Source: Candidatus Poseidoniales archaeon (lineage in GTDB: Archaea > Thermoplasmatota > Poseidoniia > Poseidoniales > Poseidoniaceae). From it: DNA of 64,000 bases. Location: the NCBI GenBank assembly GCA_038106355.1, contig JAYODQ010000003.1:2534-66533 (forward strand), given 5' to 3'. Shown one piece after another: positions 53,943 through 63,261 of the stretch (its first letter is position 1; each line of letters starts with the position of its first letter). The notes under the pieces are model-generated. The model was not told the DNA's origin, ran no database searches, and saw only the letters and a program-made list of their open reading frames with translations. The position numbers and the translations under genes are program-made.

Positions 53943-55349
53943 TCAAGGGACAACTCGACGGCGGTCACGAGGGAAGAGCACGGTTTCACGAACATTCTTT
54001 GCCCCTGTGAGTTTCATCAAAATACGTTCAACACCGAGGCCCCAGCCTGCGTGTGGAGGGACGCCGTGTCGGAATCCTGCGACGTAAAATTCGAATTCCT
54101 CAGGGTCGAGATTCATCTTTCGCAAATTATCGCACAAGGTGTCGATTCGATGTTCACGTTGACCACCGGATGTCATTTCATCTCGACCAAAATTGAGGTC
54201 AAATCCTCGGCTCAATTGCTTGCCAGTGGAACCAATTTGGCCTTCCACATGATGGATGTAAAAGGGCTTGAGTGACATTGGCCATCGTGGTATGAAGTAA
54301 AATTGTGGAAGGTCTTGAGCTAGGAGGTCGGAATTCTCTGCGTCAATATCGTCGCCCCATTCAATCTTCCCGCCTTTTTCTTTGATGATTCGAATAGCAT
54401 CGCAGTATTCGACCCTTGGAAATGGCAATTGTGGTACGATGATTTCGATAGGAGCTTCATCGTGAGCAGCACGGTAGGCGTTGATTGCGCCCACATATCT
54501 CTGACTTTCTTCATCTTCTGAAATTGATGACCAAATGTGATGAATCATCCGCTCGAGGACACCCATCACATCATCATCGTTGGCCCAAGAACATTCAATA
54601 TCAAAGGAGATAAATTCGTTCAAATGTCGATATGTGTCGTGTTTTTCTGCTCGAAATGCAGGGCCAATTTCAAACACTCGTTCTAGACCGCCACTCATGC
54701 ACAATTGCTTGAACAATTGCGGTGACTGATTGAGATAGGCTGGGGTTTCAAAATATTGCATAGGAAACAAGTCTGTACCGCCTTCCGTTGCGGTAGCGAC
54801 AATTTTTGGCGTATGGGTTTCAACAAAGCCCTCTTCGATGAGGTGTCGACGACCATATTCGAGGACTTTGCCACGAAGTCGAAACATGGCATTGACGTGT
54901 GCTCTTCGCAAATCGAGAAATCGATTATCGAGTCGGGTGTCGAGTTCGACATGGACAGTATCGGTCACGCCAAGTGGCAAGGGAGCTTCTGCTTTAGCGA
55001 TGAAGGTCACTGAGTCGGCAAGAATCTCATAAGCAGGTGGAGGGGTTGGCTCACCTTCGGCGACCTTTGGGGGACGCTTCAGTGCGACTTCGCCAGTGAA
55101 TTGCACCGTCGATTCACGTGTGCATCGTTGGACTGCATCGAGTTGTTCGGCTCCAATGCGGTCATCTTTGAGGAAGATTTGCGTTGTTCCTGTACCATCT
55201 CGAAGGTCGACAAAACAAATGGCTCCTTTGCCTCGGTTTGCCTCCATAAAGCCAGCGACGGTGACGGTTGTGCCGAGCAGAGCCTCACCTTTGGATTGAA
55301 TTTCACCAAGGGTGTGAGTTCGATATGCAGTTGAATGCCATGTGGTCAT
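53943..55349 (-). CDS. aspS: Aspartyl-tRNA synthetase, archaeal/eukaryotic type.
   Basis: N-terminal OB fold (VTVAGFMEANRGKGAICFVDLRDGTG) and class II motifs (FRAE, the GGQREHR region, GWGLGVERL). Confidence 0.9.
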   Translation of the reverse strand: MTTWHSTAYRTHTLGEIQSKGEALLGTTVTVAGFMEANRGKGAICFVDLRDGTGTTQIFLKDDRIGAEQLDAVQRCTRESTVQFTGEVALKRPPKVAEGEPTPPPAYEILADSVTFIAKAEAPLPLGVTDTVHVELDTRLDNRFLDLRRAHVNAMFRLRGKVLEYGRRHLIEEGFVETHTPKIVATATEGGTDLFPMQYFETPAYLNQSPQLFKQLCMSGGLERVFEIGPAFRAEKHDTYRHLNEFISFDIECSWANDDDVMGVLERMIHHIWSSISEDEESQRYVGAINAYRAAHDEAPIEIIVPQLPFPRVEYCDAIRIIKEKGGKIEWGDDIDAENSDLLAQDLPQFYFIPRWPMSLKPFYIHHVEGQIGSTGKQLSRGFDLNFGRDEMTSGGQREHRIDTLCDNLRKMNLDPEEFEFYVAGFRHGVPPHAGWGLGVERILMKLTGAKNVRETVLFPRDRRRVVP

Positions 55350-55576
55350 GTTGCTTCGGTTTCGCTGGAGGACATGAACCATTCGGAGATGAGATACGGC
55401 CGAGAAGTGCAATTGAAGCGAGGAATGAACTTAGGTCAACCTAGCCATTCGAGATTCACGTTGCCATGACCTTTGATGGTCCATGGAACGCCCTTCAAAT
55501 TCAACGAAGCGGAAATGAGAGCATTTTAACATTGTACGGTCATAAGAATCATGAAGACATAGCGGTTGGACAGGGT

Positions 55577-58500
55577 ATGGCCAGAAGGCAAATCGATGCA
55601 ACTTTACTTCTGTGTTGCATTCTCTTTAGTGTCGTAGCACCTCTCTTCTCAATGACAGTGCAAGCCAGTAACGCAATTCTGCTCTCGGTGGATAGAAACC
55701 ATGTTCAACTCGAACCGGGCGATTCGACCAACATCACACTCACCATTGAAAACAACGGTTCGATCATTGATGATTACAATCTCAGTATCGATTTCTCATC
55801 GCTTGACATGGTTTGGGATGTAAATTTGACCCAGCACAACGTGACGAATGTGGTTCCAACCACCTCGACCACGACAACGATTGTCATACGACTTTCAAGT
55901 TTGGCGAGTTCAGAGAATTCCTCTTCCTTTGTCATTTATGTGGAAGAAACCGATACAGGTGACACTTCAACCATCGAAGTTTTTGTCAGTGTGATTCCGT
56001 CGTATTTGCCTGAAATTCGCCACCAATCTCCAAATTCATCGCTTAAAAATATGTCAAGTGGCACCTCCCAAACCTTTACTCTCGATGTGCATAATTTGGG
56101 TTCGGTCAATGACTCCATCCTCCTCGATGTCGGCCAAGAGCCTGATTTATCGGGATGGTGGGCCAATGTTTCAACGAATTCGAGTGGAAACTCTTCAGGA
56201 AACAGTTCTGGCAACAACTCCTCGATCAGTATGCCCGCTCCAAGTGGGCGATCTTACAATAGTCCTCCATACCCAATACCTGCTGGTTGGTCGCTACAGT
56301 ATGATGCTGACTTCTTGTCCAACATGGCGAGTATGGAGTCGAGAGAAGTTGAACTTACGGTCACGGTGCCTTCGGATGCCCTGCCAGAATTCTACGGGTT
56401 CAGATTGTACGCAGGTTCACTCAATGGCAATGTGTCAACTTCGACCTTACTCGTGATTCAAGTAACAGAATCGCCAGAGGTCGTGGCGAATTTCCTTCGT
56501 CAGGGTGATGATTTTATTGCCGGTCAAACGACCGAAACCCACATTCAAGTCAGCAATGTTGGAAATGTACAGTTGAACATGACATGGTCGGTTCAATCCA
56601 CGAATGGTCCATGCGATGCTACATTGCCGGTCCAGCAATCCATAGATTTCGGTGTTTCGGACATCATCAACATTTCAGTCAATGTCACTGTGGATGAGAC
56701 TGCATCAAAAGATGACACTTGCGAAATCATGTTTTCAGGTCAAAGGGCGGGAGGTTCGTACCAATTAAACGCCGTGTATTTCGACATCGAAATTGATGAA
56801 CTGGTACTGTTTGAACTCGTTACCCCATCACAAACCATCGACCTTGTTCCAGGAACGGCAGAATCCTTTGACATTCGATTGTACAACAATGGAAGCGATA
56901 CAGCCGTGTTTTATCTCGATTTCATCGATGTCTCTGGCCTTTCGAACACCGTTGTTTCATCGACCTCCTCAACCACTCAACTTCGGCAACTTTCGATAGA
57001 AGCAGGCACCTTCGGTATCTGGGGAATTTCAATTGAAGCCGATGTGACACTTGCTGGCCTTGTTCAACAATCGTACGAAGTCACCTATGGAGGTCAAACT
57101 GTCCAAACCCACGTGACCCTTGACGTTGCTGAAGTACCGATGTTCACAATGGAGGGCCCAGATGACCAACGAATACTTGTGACTCCTGGTTCAAATGCTT
57201 CGACATCGTTTGAGGTGGAAAACACAGGAAGCAAAAATCTGAGTTTAAGTTCATCCATATCGGGATTGCCTACAGGCGTGACTGCCTCGTTTTCATTTGG
57301 TAGTGGTTCACTTGATGTCACCGCCGGTACCTCCTCAGCCTTCGTGCTTGATGTAAGGGCCAGTGCATCAGCCTACCCCGGCACCTATTCGATTGATATC
57401 ATGCTCATGGATGGTTCAGCATCCGAAACAATCACCATCGATTTAATCATCGAACAGAGGTATGATGTTGAAATTTCAAGTCTTGAAAGTTCTGTATCTC
57501 CATCTCCTCTTTACACCACCAATATGACGCTTGAAGTGACGAACATCGGGACATCGACGGACACCTACCTTATCGAACTCGATACATCTGAATCCTCTGG
57601 ATATTATTCAACAACACTTTCCCGAACCACCGTGACCGTTTCACCTGCTTCGACACAACTGGTCGTCTTGGGTATTCGTGAAGGGAACAATGGTGCTCCA
57701 AGTTCAAGTTTAACCTTGACCATCACAGCTACTTCGACCACTGATTACACTTCGACCGATAGTGCAACCATCACAATCGTGCCTCTATCTGTTTCAAGTG
57801 AAGTCACCATTTTCAAAGACAACGATGTTGTCGCTCCAGGAGGTGCGATTTACGGCAATGTGATTTTGACCAACACTGGTAGTTCTCTTGATTCGCTCTA
57901 CATTACAACCGTTGGCCTCTCCTGCGGAATCGGTTCAACGCTTGAACTCGGACCCGGCTCCTCTTCAGCACCGATCCTTTGGCGTTGCGATGTTCCAGAA
58001 TCCTCATCTGCTGGTGCCCATCAATTGACGTTCAGAGTTTCCAGTGCAGCACGAAGCAACATTGTGATGGAACAATCCGTGGTTTACACCGTTCTTCCAA
58101 CATGGTCAAGTCAACATGCCATTTCCATTGAAACCGATGTCAACGAACTGTCCATGGCCTTCGAGGGTGGGGCTTCGTTCATCGTTCGATTGACCAACGA
58201 TGCAAATGCTGAAGCGACTGGCAACATCGAACTTTTTGGTAATGGTGAGGCAAATTTCGAAGTTTCATGGCTTCAAATTCAAGGTTCCGTCGCAACCAAT
58301 GAATTCACGCTTGCTCAAGGAGAATCAGTTGATTTCAAGGTGACACTTCATTCATTGCTTCGAAATTCTGCTACCGCCGAACTCAACCTTCGAGTGACCA
58401 GTGAAATTTCAAACATCGTCGTTCAAGATGAATATTCATCCATCTTTGTCACCGTTGAGGGCCCAGACCTAGCCCCAACTGGTTTGTCCCTACCGCTTGG

Positions 58501-58822
58501 TTTCGAAGTTACCCAATCACAAACCATCGGTTTTGCATCCTTAGGATGGTTGGCTGCCGTGGTCTTCTTCATGTTGCTAAGGCGCCGAAAGGATTCAACC
58601 CCTGCCCTCATCGAAGAGGATGAAATTGAAGAGGTCAAAGAAACAAAAGAAGAAGTCCTCGGTTTCAACGAATGTCGAATTGATGATGACAACAAAGTGC
58701 GCTGCCCTTCCTGCGAAACCAAACTTGGGGTCCCAAGGAACTCTACTCCACCGTTCAAATTCACATGTCCGAAGTGTGATTCAATGATTCGTGTTGTTGG
58801 ACCGCCATCACAGAAGTTCTAA
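55577..58822 (+). CDS. Surface protein of about 13 CARDB/NEW3-like beta-sandwich repeats, with a TM anchor and a cytoplasmic zinc-ribbon tail.
   Basis: Signal peptide MARRQIDATLLLCCILFSVVAPLFSMTVQA. Repeats look like LEPGDSTNITLTIENNGS, LVPGTAESFDIRLYNNGS, VTPGSNASTSFEVENTGS and TNMTLEVTNIGT. There is an NSSGNSSGNSSGNNSS run. The TM is ~58526-58580 followed by RRRKD. The tail has CPSC (58703-58714) and CPKC (58766-58777). Confidence 0.85.
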   Translation: MARRQIDATLLLCCILFSVVAPLFSMTVQASNAILLSVDRNHVQLEPGDSTNITLTIENNGSIIDDYNLSIDFSSLDMVWDVNLTQHNVTNVVPTTSTTTTIVIRLSSLASSENSSSFVIYVEETDTGDTSTIEVFVSVIPSYLPEIRHQSPNSSLKNMSSGTSQTFTLDVHNLGSVNDSILLDVGQEPDLSGWWANVSTNSSGNSSGNSSGNNSSISMPAPSGRSYNSPPYPIPAGWSLQYDADFLSNMASMESREVELTVTVPSDALPEFYGFRLYAGSLNGNVSTSTLLVIQVTESPEVVANFLRQGDDFIAGQTTETHIQVSNVGNVQLNMTWSVQSTNGPCDATLPVQQSIDFGVSDIINISVNVTVDETASKDDTCEIMFSGQRAGGSYQLNAVYFDIEIDELVLFELVTPSQTIDLVPGTAESFDIRLYNNGSDTAVFYLDFIDVSGLSNTVVSSTSSTTQLRQLSIEAGTFGIWGISIEADVTLAGLVQQSYEVTYGGQTVQTHVTLDVAEVPMFTMEGPDDQRILVTPGSNASTSFEVENTGSKNLSLSSSISGLPTGVTASFSFGSGSLDVTAGTSSAFVLDVRASASAYPGTYSIDIMLMDGSASETITIDLIIEQRYDVEISSLESSVSPSPLYTTNMTLEVTNIGTSTDTYLIELDTSESSGYYSTTLSRTTVTVSPASTQLVVLGIREGNNGAPSSSLTLTITATSTTDYTSTDSATITIVPLSVSSEVTIFKDNDVVAPGGAIYGNVILTNTGSSLDSLYITTVGLSCGIGSTLELGPGSSSAPILWRCDVPESSSAGAHQLTFRVSSAARSNIVMEQSVVYTVLPTWSSQHAISIETDVNELSMAFEGGASFIVRLTNDANAEATGNIELFGNGEANFEVSWLQIQGSVATNEFTLAQGESVDFKVTLHSLLRNSATAELNLRVTSEISNIVVQDEYSSIFVTVEGPDLAPTGLSLPLGFEVTQSQTIGFASLGWLAAVVFFMLLRRRKDSTPALIEEDEIEEVKETKEEVLGFNECRIDDDNKVRCPSCETKLGVPRNSTPPFKFTCPKCDSMIRVVGPPSQKF

Positions 58823-59601
58823 TGCCGAACAGCGATGATGAGGAAGGCTGTGTGGCCAAATGGACCATTGACAGGTCGCATACCGCCTTTTGATGCTCTG
58901 CCCCATTGTCGTTCCATGATCTCGCCTGCCCATTCAATTGTAAGTCCACTGTTCTCACATGCGAGCCATGCTTGTTCGAGTTGGTTTGAAACCGGACAAT
59001 AACAAGCCATTCGCCCTCCTACCTGAAGCAATGTAGCGGTTGATTCGATGGCAGGAGGGTGGTCGGGCAAATCGAGAATCACAGCATCTGCTTGTACACC
59101 TTGAGCCAACAATTGGGGTGCAATTGATTCGATGGTTCCTTTGTGATGAATGTGAGTTGGAAAACCTATCCACGTTTGTTTTGCTCGTTCGAGATTTTCA
59201 AGTCCGACTTGAGCATGTTCCTCTCTTGCTTCGATGGTCACCAGTGTTCCGTGCCTACCGAGGACACGTGCCAAGTGCATCGATAGCCCCCCACTTCCAA
59301 GGCCCGCTTCAACAACGGTATCTCCATCTCCAAGGCCAAGTTTTGCAATAAGAACCCCCGCATCTTTGTCAGAAATGGTTTGTGCTCTTCGTTTCATCGA
59401 GCGGATTAGGGTTGGTAGTCGAGGAGGGATTCGGCGTAGAGGTTTGCCACAAACATCGATGACTTGCCCCATTTCAACCGCTCCAAAGTGCTCCATTGGA
59501 TTGATGATGCCGAGGCCTTTGATTTTCATCGATTCATCGATGAGTTGGACGCAGTACATCTTCCCGCTTTCTTCTTCGAGAAGGATATAGTTGTCCACCA
59601 T
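58819..59601 (-). CDS. trmI: tRNA (adenine-N1)-methyltransferase TrmI/Gcd14 family.
   Basis: The SAM-binding motif is VVEAGLGSGGLSMHLA. The N-terminal beta domain (GKMYCVQLIDE...) and the acidic loop VILDLPD are typical of TrmI. ATG 59601 is preferred over the longer listed ORF. Confidence 0.75.
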   Translation of the reverse strand: MVDNYILLEEESGKMYCVQLIDESMKIKGLGIINPMEHFGAVEMGQVIDVCGKPLRRIPPRLPTLIRSMKRRAQTISDKDAGVLIAKLGLGDGDTVVEAGLGSGGLSMHLARVLGRHGTLVTIEAREEHAQVGLENLERAKQTWIGFPTHIHHKGTIESIAPQLLAQGVQADAVILDLPDHPPAIESTATLLQVGGRMACYCPVSNQLEQAWLACENSGLTIEWAGEIMERQWGRASKGGMRPVNGPFGHTAFLIIAVRH

Positions 59602-59699
59602 GAAATTGCCAAAAATCCATGGTTTATGGAGGATTCTAAGGATTTTAGAACAAACCTGTAATCGCTTTGTTCTTAAACTATGAAGGACCTCGCAAGAAT

Positions 59700-62600
59700 A
59701 TGAAGAGTAGCCCAGCCTATATCTCAGTTCTTCTTGTGAGTCTATTTCTCGCAAGTTTGTTTGCAAGTATACCTTCAGGCACACAAGTTGAACTTGAAGT
59801 CGAACAAAATAATGTTGAACTAGCGTCCTCAGCAACAAGTCCCGGACACGTCGTGTTTGCACAATACATCTCCTCGGATAATTGTGGACACTGTTCCAAG
59901 ACGGGTGGAGGGTCAGACACCCACCATACCCTCAAGGTTAATTTCCCAGATGAATATGTGTATGTAACGTACATGTCAGCATCTTACGGCGATACCGATA
60001 CTGCACGAGCTGGAAACGTTGCACCATACAACTGGGTGTGGTCAACAGGTGGTGCTCCCGATGCTTACTTTGGTGACCGAACCGACAAGCGACAGTCTGG
60101 TGCAAGTGCGAATTACGACACCTACGATGCTCTGTTCTCTTCGGGTGGAGGTATGCACTCAACCGTCAATGATTACTCCATGTCTGCATCCGTCAGTCAA
60201 AATGGAAACAATTACGACATCAGCATCGGTTACCGATACATTGGTTCAGGCTCACCTGCTTCAAACATGAAACTCTACGCAGCTCTTGTTGACAAGGACT
60301 GTACTGGATACTCCTACTCTTCAGGTATCCCACACGGTTACAACTGCTGGATGGCTTGGCTCACCTCAGGTGATACCTACAAAGCAAAGGCTTCCGGAAG
60401 CGGAACTGCATTCCATAGCGTCACCGTTTCTGGTTCCGAGCAATTCCAAACATGGACCTCTGTTCCAACAAGCGTTGTTCCTGGTGGAATCAACAAAGCA
60501 GTCGTGGTGGCTGCACTCATGTCCGGCAACCAAGTTTCCGTCGGAGGTTCATCAGCTCACGTGTACCACGCCATCGACTCCACCATGGGTCCAAAGATGG
60601 ATCTGGCTGTGACTGATTTTTCAATCACCAACACCAATTCACCCAATTCCTACGTGCGAGGCGATGTCCTCACACTTGAGGCAGAATTGAGCAATACAGG
60701 TGACCTTGACTACAGCGATGGCGGAACCGTCGAATTTTTCTACAAGAGCGGAGTCACTGAAGTCGCCATTGATTCAACCAATTCCGTTCCATCTCTTGTC
60801 AGTGGGTCAAGCGGTCAACCTGCAACATTCTCAACAACATTCGACACATCAAATCTTCCAGTGAATTCCTGGACAACACAATTTGGGGTACGAATGAAGA
60901 ATTTGGTCGGCGATATTCGAGCAACAAACAACTTTGCTACCATCGAATACGACCATGATAGAGCTCCCATGTCCATGTCGCCAACCATAACTGGTCCAAA
61001 TGTGATTGAACGTGGTGAATACATCACTGTGCTCGCACGCGGCGATGCAAACGACAATGTCGATACGATTGAAAGCATGTCGTTTGAAGTCGAAGTTTCT
61101 CCATCTGGTGCAAACCAATGGGACGGCTCCCTCACCGCAGGAGGGGAGAACATTGTCTATGCAGGAACCATCAACGAAGGCCGAGAATACATCATTACCC
61201 CAAGCGCAGAAATGGGTTCAGGTATGTACGATGTTCGAGCAAGAACCGTTGACGGCCGTGGGCAAACAAGCGAATGGAGCGTGGCTTCAGGTTCAAATGG
61301 ATTTGAGCTTGCAAATGGTAGGCCAACTGTAACTGCCGAACCAATTCCATCGGTCATGTGTGATATCCCTACACGAGTCGACATGACTGGGCACATTTAC
61401 GACCCAGAAACACCACTTGGTGACCTTACCGTTTCTTCAACTCATGAAGCCTTCCTAGGTTGGTATCCTTCAACAACTGAAATCGAAGTCTTGTTCGAAT
61501 GGGACGAAATTCAAGGATGCCCAATCGGTCGACAAGGTATCGAAGTGACAGTTGATGACGGCGGAGATTATACCGACACCGGTATTTTGCCATACGGGAC
61601 GCTTCTTTTCAACGTGATTGAAAATGGTCAGCCACGTTGGCAAGGTTTGCCAACTCAACTTGTCGACGAAGGTGGCAGCGGAATTCTCTCTGTGCTCAAC
61701 TATCTATCGGACACTGATGATACAGGTCAACCCGTAAGCGTTGATGGATTGTCGCTCCAAATTATGGAGAACACAAACCCTGAAGCAATTTCAGTTGAAC
61801 TCAAGAACAACATCCTCGGTTTCGAGACCGTCGATGATGATGTGAATGGTGAAACCATCGTGACCATCCGTGCAAGTGATGGCGAGCAATATGCTGACCA
61901 AACCGTCCGTATTCAAATCACACCATCCAACGATGCCCCTCGAATTGACATGACCGATATCGAAAACTTTGACCTCAAGAGAGGCAAACAAATGGTCATC
62001 AATCTCAACAACAGACTTACCGATGTCGATGACCCAGCAAATGAGGCCTTCATCACCGTCACACCATCCGAGCCAGGTGCTGCACGATACAACCTTCTCG
62101 ATGGTAGTTTGACGCTCCTGTTTGACAAAGCTGGCATGCAAACTGTGACCATTAGCGCATCGGACAAGTATGATACAAATACCTACACAATGAACGTGAA
62201 CATCTTCGATGCTTATCCATTCTACATTTCAAAGGAAGATGATGGCAGTGGGCACCTTTACATCAACCTCGAAGACACATACATTTCTCAAACACCAACT
62301 GCACATATCTTCAAAGTCGGTGCGGAACCAAATTTCGTATTGATTGAGATCACATGGAGCCTATGCAACGACATTAGCGGAACCTGTGACGGATTCTGGA
62401 CCCAAGAACTGGACATGTCCAAAACCAACGTTGGATGGTCCCAACTCATGGTCGTGCCCTCGGCGTATGACGGCGGAGTTACCGACGCTCGACCCTATGG
62501 TGTTCGTTACATGGACTACATTTCAGCATCAGCTATGGCTGTTGACACGAATGGGGACGAATACAAATTACTCGGACCCGCTATCAAGTGGCAATTTACC

Positions 62601-63200
62601 GAAGAATTACCTGCAGTAGCCGATATGGATGATGAACTCCTCACCAAATACTTGGATGACTTGAACGCAAAGAAAGAATCCTACAAAGAGCAAATCGCAA
62701 ACGCTGAGGGTGATACCACGTTGCTTGAAGATGAACTCGCTGATATTGAAGACCAACTCTCGGTCGCTTGCGATGACCCCCGAGCAGACTGCCCAAGTGA
62801 CGATGTACAAGGATCAACCAACACAGATGAAACCGGTGGCTCCATCGACATGAACATCGTCTACATCATCCTCGCCGTTCTCGTCATATCTGCCCTCTTG
62901 GGTGTCATGATGATGCGAAAGGGTGGTAGCAATGCACCTGAAGTACAAGTGTGGGATGATTCAATGCTGCCTGCCTACGACCAAACTGCAAATTCAATGT
63001 ATGGAGGTGCAGCAGATATCTTCCAGAAACAATTGGTGAGTATTCCACAAGCAGCACCAGCACCAGCACCACTCCCACCTGCTCCACCTGTGATGATGGC
63101 AGGCCCACCACTTCCACCAGGTGGCCTACCAGCCGGATGGACCATGGAACAATGGCAATACTATGGACAACAGTACCTAGATACCATGGGTCAGTTGTAA
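59700..63200 (+). CDS. Surface protein: signal peptide, N-terminal domain with a CGHC motif, CARDB-like and cadherin-like repeats, coiled-coil stalk, TM helix, and a Pro-rich cytoplasmic tail ending in a W/Y/Q-rich motif.
   Basis: Signal peptide MKSSPAYISVLLVSLFLASLFASIPSG. NCGHCSK is at 59883-59894. DLAVTDFSITNTNSPNSYVRGDVLTLEAELSNTGD is CARDB-like. ITPSNDAPRI is a cadherin-like boundary. The TM is ~62854-62915. The tail reads APAPAPLPPAPPVMMAGPPLPPGGLPAGWTMEQWQYYGQQYL. Confidence 0.85.
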   Translation: MKSSPAYISVLLVSLFLASLFASIPSGTQVELEVEQNNVELASSATSPGHVVFAQYISSDNCGHCSKTGGGSDTHHTLKVNFPDEYVYVTYMSASYGDTDTARAGNVAPYNWVWSTGGAPDAYFGDRTDKRQSGASANYDTYDALFSSGGGMHSTVNDYSMSASVSQNGNNYDISIGYRYIGSGSPASNMKLYAALVDKDCTGYSYSSGIPHGYNCWMAWLTSGDTYKAKASGSGTAFHSVTVSGSEQFQTWTSVPTSVVPGGINKAVVVAALMSGNQVSVGGSSAHVYHAIDSTMGPKMDLAVTDFSITNTNSPNSYVRGDVLTLEAELSNTGDLDYSDGGTVEFFYKSGVTEVAIDSTNSVPSLVSGSSGQPATFSTTFDTSNLPVNSWTTQFGVRMKNLVGDIRATNNFATIEYDHDRAPMSMSPTITGPNVIERGEYITVLARGDANDNVDTIESMSFEVEVSPSGANQWDGSLTAGGENIVYAGTINEGREYIITPSAEMGSGMYDVRARTVDGRGQTSEWSVASGSNGFELANGRPTVTAEPIPSVMCDIPTRVDMTGHIYDPETPLGDLTVSSTHEAFLGWYPSTTEIEVLFEWDEIQGCPIGRQGIEVTVDDGGDYTDTGILPYGTLLFNVIENGQPRWQGLPTQLVDEGGSGILSVLNYLSDTDDTGQPVSVDGLSLQIMENTNPEAISVELKNNILGFETVDDDVNGETIVTIRASDGEQYADQTVRIQITPSNDAPRIDMTDIENFDLKRGKQMVINLNNRLTDVDDPANEAFITVTPSEPGAARYNLLDGSLTLLFDKAGMQTVTISASDKYDTNTYTMNVNIFDAYPFYISKEDDGSGHLYINLEDTYISQTPTAHIFKVGAEPNFVLIEITWSLCNDISGTCDGFWTQELDMSKTNVGWSQLMVVPSAYDGGVTDARPYGVRYMDYISASAMAVDTNGDEYKLLGPAIKWQFTEELPAVADMDDELLTKYLDDLNAKKESYKEQIANAEGDTTLLEDELADIEDQLSVACDDPRADCPSDDVQGSTNTDETGGSIDMNIVYIILAVLVISALLGVMMMRKGGSNAPEVQVWDDSMLPAYDQTANSMYGGAADIFQKQLVSIPQAAPAPAPLPPAPPVMMAGPPLPPGGLPAGWTMEQWQYYGQQYLDTMGQL

Positions 63201-63261
63201 ATTTGACCTCTGTTGTTGCCATGGCAACAACCATAGCAATAAATGGGAGCACCACCGAGGA

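Noticed and set aside
55413-55576. A possible ncRNA or small ORF in the 227-nt region upstream of the CARDB-repeat surface protein. It contains the bulged hairpin CCATGACC...GGTCCATGG and a TTTTAAC element.
   Set aside because: There is only a weak bulged 8-bp hairpin and no conserved RNA motif I recognise. It is more simply explained as promoter and 5' leader sequence. The in-frame upstream Met (55466) gives a non-signal N-terminus.
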